Shown: positions 50,619 through 63,200 of the stretch, one piece after another | Layout of the letters: the number at the start of each line of letters is the position of its first letter | Position numbering within the stretch: the stretch's first letter is position 1 | DNA from: a bacterium | Lineage (GTDB): Bacteria > Zhuqueibacterota > Zhuqueibacteria > Residuimicrobiales > Krinioviventaceae | Length of the DNA: 64,000 bases | Direction of reading: 5' to 3' | Assembly (NCBI GenBank): GCA_963674595.2 | Contig: CAXXFV010000005.1 | Location: 10,500 to 74,499, forward strand | Program-made: the position numbers and the translations under genes | The notes under the pieces: generated by a model | Databases searched by the model: none | What the model saw: only the letters and a program-made list of their open reading frames with translations | Told to the model about the DNA's origin: nothing

Positions 50619-51605
50619 TTAGAAAAGCCATTTATTCATAAAGTTTAAACCGTTCTCAAAATCTATTTCATGGTCGCCGTTATGTAAACACCAGTCAAAT
50701 TTTTCTTTGATGCCCAGCCTGTTATAATGTGCTGCCGCTTTTTCAATTTCTTTTTTAACAAGCGGGGGCCAGGCAACATTATCTTTTTCGCCTGTTTGGA
50801 CCTGGACCGGTCGTGGACAGGCCAAAGAGACTAAATCCGCATCACTGAATTGGGTCAAAAGACCGGGTAAAAAAGCGTGTTCTTCCTCCGTGCTTAAAAA
50901 ACACGAGTAATTGGGATTTTCGACCACCATCTTTTCCGGCCGTTTGTTGAACCAGGCTGATATGATGCCGAGTTTTATTTTTTGTTCAACCGGCAATGTA
51001 TAAAGCGTATAACCCCCGCCCATGCTGATGCCCCATAGGGATATTTTATTGTCGTCTATGTTATATTCGAATGTAATGAATTTTATAAATTCAAGGATTG
51101 CAAAGCTTTCCAGGGACCATATATGAAAACCGAGCAGCAAAGACAAGCGGTTGATAATGGCCCGATCGTGAAAATTATTTACCAGTTCCGGCGCTGTTAC
51201 GGCAAACCCGTTTTCCGTTAGTTTGGCTCCGAAATCGTGATAACTGTGCTTCAGCGAAGCATCAAGGCCCATCACCATTTCCGGTGTGCCGTTCATCCCG
51301 TGCAGACAGATCACAAGCGGCCAGGATTTTGCCGGTTTGTCCGGCTTTTTAAACAGGGAACGAAATGTAAACCCGTTTTCGAAACAAAGGGTTATTTCGT
51401 CAAGATCGTTTTTAGGTGTGATTGTATGCGATAACAATTTTAATGCCGGCAGGTTCCCTAATAAAACCGATTTCCAGTCTGCCTGTTTCCGGCTTGTGGA
51501 TAATTGATAGGCTTTTGCGGACGAATAATCAAATCCGGATTCGGATTGTCTTTGATCATATTCCAAAATCATCTGTTGTAATGGTTTTTGCAGGTTGTTA
51601 CACAT
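50619..51605 (-). CDS. Alpha/beta hydrolase (dienelactone hydrolase/esterase-like)
   Basis: LVICLHG, GISMGG nucleophile elbow, ACPRP, GEKD, GDHE. Confidence 0.82.
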   Translation of the reverse strand: MCNNLQKPLQQMILEYDQRQSESGFDYSSAKAYQLSTSRKQADWKSVLLGNLPALKLLSHTITPKNDLDEITLCFENGFTFRSLFKKPDKPAKSWPLVICLHGMNGTPEMVMGLDASLKHSYHDFGAKLTENGFAVTAPELVNNFHDRAIINRLSLLLGFHIWSLESFAILEFIKFITFEYNIDDNKISLWGISMGGGYTLYTLPVEQKIKLGIISAWFNKRPEKMVVENPNYSCFLSTEEEHAFLPGLLTQFSDADLVSLACPRPVQVQTGEKDNVAWPPLVKKEIEKAAAHYNRLGIKEKFDWCLHNGDHEIDFENGLNFMNKWLF

Positions 51606-51630
51606 TCTGGATCGTCTTTTTAGTAAAGGG

Positions 51631-52617
51631 TCATACCGGATACGTTTGGTTTATTGTTTGTTGTGTGTTTGTGTCAAGGGAGCGAATGGCGGCATCAATC
51701 ATTTCCTGGGCCATAAAACCGTCAAATATCGTACAGGGCGCTGTCTGATTTTTTCGGACAGCCTCAAGAAATTCTTTATTTTCCTGCTCAAAACCATCTT
51801 CCGTACCTGTAAATTCCTCAACATTTGAAGAATTGGCCGGTTTATAATATAATTTGGTGAGGCGGTTATTTATAAATATTGAACCCTGGGAACCAAATAT
51901 TTGCACACTGAATTTACTTGATACCGGAAGCGTCCCACAATCTCCCACCATAAGCGACGCGGCTGTTCCGTTTTTAAACTGAAACGTTGCGCTGATATTG
52001 TCGATCACGCCGGTCGGTTGATGATAATTGGCACCGGCAGCAAAAACAGAGCGGGGTTCATCGGCGACGAAAAATCGTAATAAATCCGTACCATGCACGC
52101 CCTGTGAAATAACATTACCGCCGCCCAGTTTCGGATCATTGGCCCAGAAATCAGCGGGCCAGGGATCGTCAATTATTTGTACCTGGACCATATATGGATT
52201 GGGAATAAGTTGTTTTGCTTTTTTTACCAGCGAATAAAATCGAAACTTGAAACCGGACATACAAACCGCACTGGTATTTTTAGCAAGTTGATAAAATTTA
52301 TACGATTCGGCGGCTGTTAATGCCAGTGGTTTTTCTATGAGAATATGTTTTTTATGTTTAACAGCCAGTGAAAATAAATCAAAATGACTGTTTGTGGTTG
52401 AGGTGATATAAACAACATCTATGTCGGGATGGGTAATCAGGTGGCCGGCATCTGACGTTATCTGTTCAATATGATAAGTGTTTTTTAAATCTTTTGCTTT
52501 TTGGGGATTGGTGTCACAGCACATCAACAAAGTGACATTATCATCATTCGAAAGACTTGAGGCATGAGTTTTCCCCATATCCCCACAGCCGATTATACCG
52601 ATATTCATTCTGCTCAA
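51631..52617 (-). CDS. Gfo/Idh/MocA oxidoreductase
   Basis: IGIIGCGDMG, ILIEKPLA, GGG...GVHGTD; start probably TTG 52617 or ATG 52608. Confidence 0.9.
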   Translation of the reverse strand: MSRMNIGIIGCGDMGKTHASSLSNDDNVTLLMCCDTNPQKAKDLKNTYHIEQITSDAGHLITHPDIDVVYITSTTNSHFDLFSLAVKHKKHILIEKPLALTAAESYKFYQLAKNTSAVCMSGFKFRFYSLVKKAKQLIPNPYMVQVQIIDDPWPADFWANDPKLGGGNVISQGVHGTDLLRFFVADEPRSVFAAGANYHQPTGVIDNISATFQFKNGTAASLMVGDCGTLPVSSKFSVQIFGSQGSIFINNRLTKLYYKPANSSNVEEFTGTEDGFEQENKEFLEAVRKNQTAPCTIFDGFMAQEMIDAAIRSLDTNTQQTINQTYPV

Positions 52618-52775
52618 AATTATCCTCGGACGTGACAGAGTGGTCATAACAGTTATCGTTCGGATAATGTAACCATAAACGGGGAGATTTGCAAAAGTCT
52701 TTTTCCCCAAAATAAAAAATTGTGAATTTAAATCATCTTTTTTCTGAATTCCATTATCAGTCGCCGCTTTTAAAC

Positions 52776-53192
52776 TTAATTAAAAATTTCATCTTTTGGG
52801 ACGCCCCTTATGGTTTCTTTGTGGTTTTTTAAATTTTGAAACACGTGAAGCAAAAGCCCTAATCCCCAGAAAAGAATAATTATAAAGATAATTTTTAAGG
52901 ATTCATACCTTAAATATCCTGATAAATACCATAAAATTGCAATTGTATTATAGATTATATACACAGCAAGATGATATTTAAAGCCAAGACTCAATCTGCC
53001 CGATTTTAGGTTATCTGCTTTGCCAAGTAGAAAAGCAGTTAAATAAATGACAATGCCATAAATGATAGATGTTGACCACGTTAGGGTATGATTGTGATGT
53101 ATGATTGACAGATAGAGAATATAACGAAAAACGAGTGTATAGACCGTGAAAAGAATTACAAATATTTTTAAATTTTTTGAGATTTTAATCAT
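52776..53192 (-). CDS. Four-TM membrane protein
   Basis: Four hydrophobic segments; overlaps the padR stop. Confidence 0.7.
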   Translation of the reverse strand: MIKISKNLKIFVILFTVYTLVFRYILYLSIIHHNHTLTWSTSIIYGIVIYLTAFLLGKADNLKSGRLSLGFKYHLAVYIIYNTIAILWYLSGYLRYESLKIIFIIILFWGLGLLLHVFQNLKNHKETIRGVPKDEIFN

Positions 53193-53562
53193 TTTTTAAT
53201 CCTTTCGAAAGTAAGGTTGCTATGTTGTCATTAAAAAACAATTTTATATTTCTTTCGATAAATTCACCTAAAATTTCCAGACCGAGAGTTGTTAGAAAAT
53301 AATATTTTCTGTCCGGTCCTTTGTTTCCTTTACCCGTTTTAAAATCAACCATTTCAAAATCATAATATTTTCTCAAAGTGCGATACAGGCTTTGCTCTTC
53401 ACAAGAGATGGTATTATTGGATTGTGTTTCAATGAAGTCTTTGATTTCATTCACATATTTTGGATTTTCCTTGAGGGCTAAAAACAGCCACAATGTTAGT
53501 TGGCCTTTTTTATAGGTTTCTTCCCAGGCATTTAAAAGCTGGTTTTTATAATCATTCATCAA
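53185..53562 (-). CDS. PadR-family transcriptional regulator
   Basis: KKGQL, SLYRTLRK, GPDRKYYFLT-x-x-G. Confidence 0.9.
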   Translation of the reverse strand: MMNDYKNQLLNAWEETYKKGQLTLWLFLALKENPKYVNEIKDFIETQSNNTISCEEQSLYRTLRKYYDFEMVDFKTGKGNKGPDRKYYFLTTLGLEILGEFIERNIKLFFNDNIATLLSKGLKND

Positions 53563-53573
53563 GTTCCTATTAT

Positions 53574-53588
53574 CTTGTATTATACAAG
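53574..53588. promoter_or_regulatory. Candidate PadR operator
   Basis: Palindrome CTTGTA-TTA-TACAAG just upstream of padR. Confidence 0.5.
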
Positions 53589-53682
53589 TTGTATTGTACT
53601 AATAAGCAAATAAAATCTGTTATTGTCAAGTGATTTATTATTTATAAATAGTTTTGGTAAAATTAAAAATTGAATTTTAAAA

Positions 53683-56600
53683 GATACGTGCGTCGGGTGT
53701 ATTTGAACAGGGGAACCAAGGATATTGTTCAGATTGTGCGTGAGAATGATGAAACCCCTGAGTTTTCAACATTGAGTGTTGATACTATTATTGCAAACTT
53801 AACTGATGTTAATGAAGGGGTATGTTGTTATGACACTTCATCTATTACGATATTTGTTGGAAGATCAGTTTGACGTGTATGGCACCAAAGAGGTCATTGA
53901 TGCAGTCGTGGAATTGATGAATCATGATGATGAAACCATTGTCAAGCGCGCGGCAATGGTCGCGGGGGATTTTGTTGAGTACGTTGATGCACATGATGCA
54001 GAGCGAGAAGGAATGAAGAGCCTTAAACAATATATTGCACAGCAATCAGTGAGCATAACAGCATTTCCCGATAAAAAAGATGATAAGTTTGTGGTAACTG
54101 ATTTTATGAGAAAGGCCGGTATTTCGCGGCAGGAGGATCTGACGGCCGATACTTTTGGAAGATTTATCCATTTGAGCGAAGCGTTTTATGAAACATATGA
54201 GATTGTAACATCACTTTGTATGTTCGAACAATTTGCCACAGATGCAATATGCACTCAAGAAAACTTGAGAAAATATTACAGTTGCAGGAAATGAATTGGG
54301 GACCGGATTTACTGCGTATGTATATTAAAAAAGATGTGAAACAATATTTTAACGAAACAATGCTTGCGGTGATTGTTGCACTGTTAAAGCAGATCTTGAA
54401 GTTGTCTCAAGTAGATGACACGTTGGTTGACTGGACTGATGCTGCGGCTTTATTTACTATGATACGTATATTTATGGAAGTGCGTACAGGATATAATAAT
54501 ATAGATGAATGTGTAGCTATTGCGATACCATTTATTACGTGGTCAAATGGTCTTGTGCAACTTAGCATATTTAGAATGCTCAGCACGCTTGCAACAATGT
54601 ACCCGCAAAACGTCTGTATGCCAGAGATTATTGAGCCCCTCATTGAAGCAACAAATAATAGTGATGACAGAATAGTGCAAGATGCAGTTGAAATTCTTGC
54701 TACGATTAGTGCCTACGCACAGCAATCAGGAAATGAATCACTTGTCAATGTAACGAAAAACATACACCTGTCAGAGAATATGCAATCCTCCATATCTAAT
54801 ATGAACGTGTTTCCGATGAGCAAGACGATGATTACCTTTCAGAAAACGACCCGGGAATACTTGATTTTTATGATACTGTTATCACATTTATAACCGATGA
54901 GAATAATTATCTGAATGCATTTGCCAAATGGTGGGTATTGGAAGGAGCAGCATCGCTTATGTCGGCTAATGCACCAAAAGTAAAACGTGTAGACGTGTGG
55001 AATCGTATGCATGATATTTTGACCATGTATAAAGGAGTTGAGGATGTACTCATTCTCAAACAATTAATGGGTATTATATTAAATGATAAATTAATCGAAA
55101 AAATTATTACGGGAGATGTCAAACTGGAGGTCTGTGAGTGGAATTCATATCAAGCAATCCTAGAGAATATTGAGCATGACGAATTACTATTATTAAAAAT
55201 AGTACGCTATCGTATTGCCCATTCATTTCAGGAGTATGCAACACCGGAAATGCTTGATAAGGTCATTGAACTTACCAATGCGGCGATGCCGCTTGTCGCT
55301 GAAACAGCAGTGTCAGTTTTAGCGGTGTATCAAGAAGAAGCACACAAGCATGGTCATGATACGAGTGAGTTAGCAATGATACAATCCATTGTAAATAATA
55401 AGCTTGCAACATTTCCTGAAAATAAATTTGTTATGACATATGATATGGAGAAGATTGGCATTACATCAGAAGCAGACTTGACAAAAGCAAAATTGATTGA
55501 GTTTTTCGATTATATTTCAAAAATACCGGCGATGAAAAATCTACGCCTGTGTATAGCGCACATGTTTTAAGAGAGCTGTTCGCTTAGCAATAAATCAATT
55601 TCAAACGTATGGTGTTGAAGAATGTTTTACCGCTCAAACGCTGACGCATTTGACAGATTTATTACAATTTCATGGCTATTATCCAGCAGACGTTAATTGG
55701 TTAATTGATACTATCGGTATTTTTATTAGAACTAATCGGAAGAAATGATTCAAGATACATATTGGGATATTTTATTTGATATAGTACAAGCAGATGAAAA
55801 ATATAGTCATTTCATAGTTGCAAAAGCATTACAGATCATTCCTGATTTTATTGAACGTAAGCCTCAAGACTATATAACGTCTGAGCTTATTAATGTATTG
55901 ATTTCGTTAACGGATAAGGAAGAGGATATTGCTAAAAAAGCGCTTGAGGTAATCGGATTGATTACACCATATATAATAGAAAAAGGGGATGATGCATTGT
56001 TGGCAATAATCACGGAAACAGCGCAGGTCCAGGCATTTCCAGAAGGTTTAACTGTGCAGACTTTTAGTGAAATAGTAGCGCATGCTATGCACAAAAGAGT
56101 AACACCAATGCATACAGCAATATATAAAGATACGCTAAGTGTTGCATTTGTTGCATTGATGGAAGCAACTGTTTCTGATGCGGATGAAGTATATGTGTAC
56201 TTTGAAAATATTAAAAATATTGATGATACATTATTGCATAGGCTTAACGCTGTGAAGGGAGTCACTGTGGTAACACAGCAGATTGAAAATAATGGGTATG
56301 CCTATGCTGAAAATTTTATAAAAGCGATTCAATTGCTTGATGTTGATTCCACATCTGATGTGCGTGTTATTGCACCGTATGAAATATTGCATAATGTATT
56401 TAATGGATTTGATACAAAAACACAACGACCCGAGTTTCTTTTTTCAGCGGGGCATGTGGCGGTTGATGTAATGCAACGTGAAGAACATGAAATGATTCTT
56501 TTCCCATTTGTTATACAGCCTGCCGATGCCTTCATGCCTGCTCTTGTTGAAGTCAAGAGAGAAGACAACGGTATCGCGTGTTTTTATCAACTTGCGGATT

Positions 56601-56704
56601 CTATTACCACTGCGACGAGTCTATATAGACAACAGCTGCTTATCAGTATCCGCGATGCGGTCGAGCGGGTTGCGCGCGAACGGACCATTCGCATTGCAGC
56701 ATAA
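53683..56704 (+). CDS. 3' part of a giant HEAT/ARM-like repeat protein, split into ORF fragments by single-base indels
   Basis: ORFs 53670, 53806, 54216, 54938 and 55745 join by +/-1 shifts at short homopolymers (e.g. GGGG at 53817, and near 54260, 54812 and 55737). Helical repeats; ends ...RTIRIAA*. Confidence 0.7.
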
Positions 56705-56706
56705 AA

Positions 56707-56735
56707 CCATGCTCGACTTCGTAGGTTGAGCATGG
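56707..56735 (+). terminator. Stem-loop after the stop codon (terminator/REP-like)
   Basis: CCATGCTCGAC-TTCGTAG-GTTGAGCATGG; no U-tract. Confidence 0.45.
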
Positions 56736-56921
56736 AGGGTATAGCTGCTTAAGGTTATCCACATTCAGGACCGTCCCTCGCTGTGGATAAAGGGTTGTAA
56801 AAAAGTAGTTAAGAGCCTAAGTGATTGTAAATAAAGATGATATGAGTTAGATAAAGTCTTTATAAAACCTTGTAATAATCAGATAATTTGGTATAATTTA
56901 TATAATTATATTAATTCTATA

Positions 56922-57035
56922 TATATAGGCAAAACCGCTGAAAAGTGGTGACGCAAAACTACAGGGTCTAAGAGGTCTCAGGGAAAGAGAGATCACGTCC
57001 GTAGGAAAACGGAAGCTTATGACAGCCAGTTGTAA
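56922..57035 (+). ncRNA. c-di-GMP-I (GEMM) riboswitch aptamer
   Basis: GGCAAA-ACCGCT-GAAA-AGTGGT-GACGCAAA-ACTACAGGGTCTAA...TATGACAGCCAGTTG matches the GEMM-I consensus; 5' of a large gene. Confidence 0.9.
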
Positions 57036-57072
57036 ACATAATTACATTATGTTTATAACTGGCTGTTTTTTT
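57022..57072 (+). terminator. Intrinsic terminator forming the riboswitch expression platform
   Basis: ACAGCCAGTTGTAAACATAAT-TAC-ATTATGTTTATAACTGGCTGT-TTTTTT; the 5' arm overlaps the aptamer 3' strand. Confidence 0.88.
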
Positions 57073-57270
57073 ATGTACAGATGTATACCTTATTAGTCAG
57101 GGTCTAGTTAATACAGTATAGATACATGATGTTGTGTCATTGCACCATATTCGTGTACGGGTATCAATGAAAAACAGCATCGATGAGAAGTAAAATCGTT
57201 GAACGGTATACATTAACAGATTTTTGTAAAAAATGTTTTCATTTGGGTCAGAAAAAAATAAGGGGTCTAC

Positions 57271-60200
57271 ATGTTAAAACGAGTAATCGGGTTGATTACA
57301 CTCGTTACGTTTTCATTTACGAATATAGGACTTTCATATGCACAAGGGGTGCAATCTGCACCGCAAACCAGCCACACATCTGTACAGCTTCCAACCATAA
57401 CGCTACCTCATACCCTCGCAACTATTGAACATGTCTGTCAAGGCGACCCAGAACAAACAGTTGTCATTATCAAAGATGCCCACTGTCATTTTCAAGCACA
57501 GATCAAACAAGTCAGTATTCTTGAAACTCTTTTCAATGATTATCAATTTGACTCGATTTATGTTGAAGGTGCTATCAATGATGTGGATACGACCTTGTTT
57601 ACCGCGTATCCTGAAGAGCATAGTAAGAGAAAAGTATTTACACATGAGTTAGAAAAAGGAATGATTACCGGAGCTGACTACTTTTCAATCATGCGCCAAC
57701 AACCGACATTTATGCACGGGCTAGAAAAGGAACGGCTGTATACTGAAAATACCGCAGTACTTCAGAATATTATTGCAATACAATCAGATGTTGAAACAAT
57801 GCTTGCCGAAATAAAGCAAGAAATATCACTTTTGAAAAATAAATATTTTTCAAGAAAGCTATACGCGATTGATGCCCTACGCATGAAATTTAACCAACAA
57901 AAAGACGTGTGCGATGAACAAACAATCATTGAGTATATATCGCTCCTTTTTGAGTACATACATGATTACAATATTTCTCTTACCGCATATCCTGAGCTAG
58001 AAACCCTGCGCACTACTCTGCAAAACCAGACTGCATATGATTCTGAAAATCCGCAACACCTCCTCGAAGATGTACGTATGTTTTCAGAACAATTAATGAA
58101 CATGCTTACTCGCAACAAAAGAGAACGTCAGATTCAAGCATTGTCAGACATTGCAATGTATCTTGAAAAAGGAATAACCCTTGATCTTATGCCGGAAGAC
58201 AATCTTTATTTTAAAAAACAAAAGAAAAATCTTAAGGCAGATGTAATAAATAGCATATTCCGCGCAGTCAATAGTTCATATGTTGCCGATGCGAGCCTGC
58301 TTGATAAAGGCATTCGTGTGATTAGCAAGTTTTATGCATTGGTGCAGAAACGGGACCGTGTATTGTACGAAAACTACATGAAATACGCGAAACAGAACAA
58401 TCACAAAAAATCAGTGATTGTTGCCGGCGGGTATCACGCAACAAAACTTTCCGAATATCTTACGAAAAAGAATATATCGCACATGATTGTATCACCCCAC
58501 ATTTCAAATGTTGGTAATTGTAAAGAAATATATATCAATAATGCTGCCATGCGTTATGCCGCGCCAATAACGTTGCAGTTAGCAAATATGTTTGATGATG
58601 CCCCTGGATATAAAATGATAAATCAAGAAACTGTAGTCGGTATGTTTAACAAAATTGTTGCCGAGCTGTTTGAAAGCAGTTTTGAGGGAAAAACAAAAGT
58701 AGAGTGGGATGCATTTGTTGCAATGTACCATAAGGCAGTCCAGAAATATCTTACTGAGCAACGTGGATTAAACGAAAACGATGCAGAGTATCAAACAGTC
58801 TTTGCATACTTTAAACAGGCAGTTGAAGAATGCGAAATTATTATTTCTAACTCAGAAAACAGCAAAGATGCACACGCGCTCACTACAATGCCGGTTAATG
58901 ACGCGTCTTTTGCTAAGCCAACGGATGATAGTAAAGGTGCGGTTCAGGCATTGGTAGATATCAACAAACAGATTAATACTTTTCCTAATGCAACTCATGA
59001 TAAATTTCAGCCAACAGGGTTTATGCAAGAAATGGGGATTGTGACTGAAGATGATTTAACCGAAGATAATTTAAAAGCCCTACTCTCCTGTCTGGCAAAA
59101 CCATGGCGTATACCGGGTGATATAGAAAGTGTTTACCAAGCAATCAAACAATTTCAATTATATGCATCACCTGACGTATTTTCTCAGGAACTTCTTGATT
59201 GGTTTTTATGGCGCGGTTTCCATGTATGGGGAAGAGATATAGTAAATATGTGGAGTAATGATGGACGTACGGTACAAGCAGCGTTGCATATATTGAGCAT
59301 GTTCATGGAAAAGCGGCCTGATACATTCGTAGTGAAAAAATATATAAATATTGCGGTACGTAAATTATATTACTGGGGTCATGTTATTGATGAGCATAAT
59401 CCTGATGTGCGTGCTGAAGCTTTGCGTGTCTTGCAAACAGTGATTCAACTTAATGGAAAAAAATATATAACCCCCTTCGTTTTTCATTTAATTGTGCGAA
59501 AAGTAAAAAGTTTGCATGCGGTTGTAAGCCAGGAAGCATTAAACACTCTTATGGTATGCAAAGAATATGGAATTTTACATGGTTTTAATAAAGTGAACTA
59601 TTTTATTGTTAAATCGACAATGCAAAGACCTGTCAGAGATGCTTTGTTTTCGATTATTGATTATTTTTACGATCGTTATGTTTTGCGGCGGATATCTAGT
59701 TTAGGGGTAATTGCTCTTTTTGCGTCAGTCGATGCAATAGCGTTTGCGCAACAATCGATATATGATTTCATAGCAAGTAAATTTAAAGGCGAATTATGTT
59801 GCTTTACCCAATTCAGTGGGCTATCAAAAAGAATTACTTCATACACTACAAACATTCGTTGAGCTCAATCCCGACTTGGCAATAGATAGTAATACGAGTG
59901 TTATTACCGAAGCATTAAATAGCAGGGTTGCTGAAACGCGTATAGCAGGTATTGAATTGCTGCAAGCATGTATGTTTGCAAGTAAAGAAAATAAGGATCA
60001 CGAGCATATTATTTGGTCAGGACAAGAACTCTTAACTGAAATGTTAGATGATGAAGATGAAAGCGTTGTAACGAAGAGCTTAGAAGTATTGCAGATGCTT
60101 ATCAATGATACGGCTGATGATGTATTGCTCGAATCTATGCAACAGACTAGTGAGAAACCAACAATCATTAAAAATGCCAGATTACCAGAACGATTAATGT

Positions 60201-63200
60201 ATATATTTAAATCAAAACCAGAGCGTGTGGGAGATTTGACATACGACCATTTGAAATCGATTCTTTGTGATTTTAATTTTTGGGGTTTTGGGAAAAATTT
60301 GAAACAGGATTATGAATTATTAAAGCTATTCACTATATATGCGCCACGTACTATGTACACAGAAGAATTATTGCATGACGTATTTGGACGCCTGCGAAGA
60401 AATTGGGAATTTGATGTGTATAGTTTTATGTTTCGCAAAGAAGATGTGCGGCATTCTGATATCGCGAAAACACTGATGGTGATTCTTGACGTATTTATCA
60501 ATAAACATCCGTTGCGTTTTATGAAAGAGGAATATTTTCGATATGCATTAGAATTCTTACAATACAAGACGTCAAAAAATCAACGTATCAATGAGGAAAT
60601 AGAGCAAAAAGCACTTTACAATATATACACATTTATCCAAAAAAGACCACGCGTATTTGCACGAGCGCGTATTTTGAAAAAAATAATGCGGAAAATGAAA
60701 AGCCCCAATAATGCTATTCGCAGCAAAGTATTAGATATACTGGATGTGTATATAAAGAATGATATTATTGCAAAAGAGAAATGGAATTTATTGGATGCAT
60801 GGATAGACCATACCATCCGACGCATGATAGTCAATGGTGGGCGCATGCATTCGGTCAGGGATATTCAAAGTGAGAAAATGAACTATAATTTTTTAGATAT
60901 TCGGTCGGATGCAATAAGAGCATTATGCAAATTATGTAAAGCAAACCCAAAAAAGTTTTATACACAAAAGAATTTTGATGCGTTACGTGCGTTGCTTAAA
61001 CAGTATATGTATCAATATAATTTTGAACGAGGGTATTCAGGTGTGCGTGCAAGTATGGGTTGGGATAATTATATCAAAGAGATTATTGAGGCTATGCGTA
61101 TGTTTATTGAATATGATACAAACTTTGCATCAAACGAGCAGTTTGCGAAAATGCTCGAAATATTTAGTAGAGACAAAAATGGAAAAATTGTGAAGCCGGT
61201 AGAATATTTTCTTGCCTCATTACTTGATGTTATTACACTGTTTATTGAAATGAATCCTGCGGATGTACCCGTTGAAGTGTATAATCGGATGATGTGGATA
61301 TTTTCAGTAAGTACGTATGATTTACGTAGTGTTGCGTTTGATATTCGCATGCTCAAGCTTGTGAATGCATTATTGGCACATGAAACATTTATTGTGCAAA
61401 ATCAAGAAACAGCATCGCAATGTTTCCAATATCTCACGCGTTTACTTGGACATGCAGAAGATGGCATGGCGCAAAAAGCACTTGAGGTATTAGCGTTCGT
61501 GCAAGAGCGGTATGCGGATAGTGATGCAATTAATATTGAAGCACTTGTCAGTGCAACATCAAACGAAACATATGCAAACTTTCCAAAGGGCACGACATTC
61601 ACTAAAAGAAAAGCCAAGAGCATTCACGATGAAAAAGATATTTTCGAGGCGCTCAATATTAAGAAGAATGCTGATTATACGGCAGATAACTTGGCGAAAG
61701 TCCTTACGTATCCTTTGCCTGATGAGCCGCTCATGGGAATGGTTAAACATTTATCACAAGGTTCGTATTCTGTGCCGGGCTATTTTGGGCATGAAGAAGT
61801 TATGCACTCTGTGTATCAATTTTATGACAAAGGACATCTTGGGGCTTTTACTTCTCGTAATTTTGAAATTGTAAAGGGCTTTTTAGAGTCAGACAATGAA
61901 AACGAATATGCCTTGGGTATTGAAGCGGCGGCTCTTTTTGTCAAAGTGAATCCGAAAGAATTTCTGACGGCTGATTTGTATCAGCATTTAGTGAATGAAG
62001 GCAACCTGTCGGACAATCTTTTGTATGCACGATGTAAATTGCTAGAAGTATTAATGCAGGTTGACCCGCATGGCCACGATTATCATCAATATTTTGCAGA
62101 TGTGAAACGGATCTTAGACGCCCTTTACCGTGAACATTATGTAAGTGTTGAATGGCAACAAGCAAAAAGACTGGCTGACCGGGGACTGGACATTTTTAAG
62201 CAATATATAATTCATTATCCTGAAATATATGCCACTAAGGAGTATTTTAGGTTGCTTTTACAGTGGGATAATGAACTCCGTCCATGGAGTTCAATTGGTG
62301 CTTCTGGAAAACTACGCGCAAATATAAATAGAATATTAACCATTACCCCTCATAATTTGTACACAGAAGAAATGCTAGGACTGATACTCAAGAAGTATCG
62401 GAATATACATTTTGATTCAAATTTATCATTTTATTGCAATATAATCCAGCGCTTCAAAGAGGAGGGGCCGAAGGAAGCATTTACTAAAGAAAATTGGATT
62501 CTTTTAACATCCGATTTCGAAAGCCGTTCTTTTTCATCTGATATCACGGCGCGTTTTAATCCAATGATAAACTTTGTAGACCTTTATCCTGAAGAGTATT
62601 TAGAAGCAGCGTATGATTTACTTTTCTTTTGTGTGGATCCGATTGCAAAACCGTATTACAAAACTCCCAATGTCGCAAAAGAAGTTATGCGTAATCTGGC
62701 GTATTTATTTGAAAAGTATCCCGATAGTGTTATAGATCAGGCAGACAAGTGGCAAAGTATAATAAACGTATTTATTGGACCCGACAGCATGTTACACCCA
62801 AGTGCAAATGCGATAAAGGCATTCCTTGTATTTGCGAAAATCATGTATCGCAAAAATCCGGAAAAAATAAATAAAATATTAACCCCTACGCTCGTTGAAG
62901 AAACCATAAAATGTTTACGACAATCGTCTAAGGATCCGTATCAAGTGAGAGCAACCGCCTACAGATTATTATTGTTTTTCAAAGAAGTGGGAGCCTACAC
63001 GTATAGTGAAAATACATTAATGGCATTACTGGATGTTTTAGAAACGGATGAGGCAATGACGCTTATCAACGAATTATATGCGCATGATAATGTTCGCGCT
63101 ATTTTCACGGAAAAAGCTATGAACGAGCTTCTTGATGAATTGGAAGCTGAATTATATTGGCATATTGTGGAAGAACAATATCAACATGTTTTTGAGGTTG

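Noticed and set aside
59775-59795. Programmed -1 frameshift at TTTAAAG
   Set aside because: Joining the frames needs +1 (frame 1 to frame 2), and the neighbourhood has other indels suggesting sequence error.
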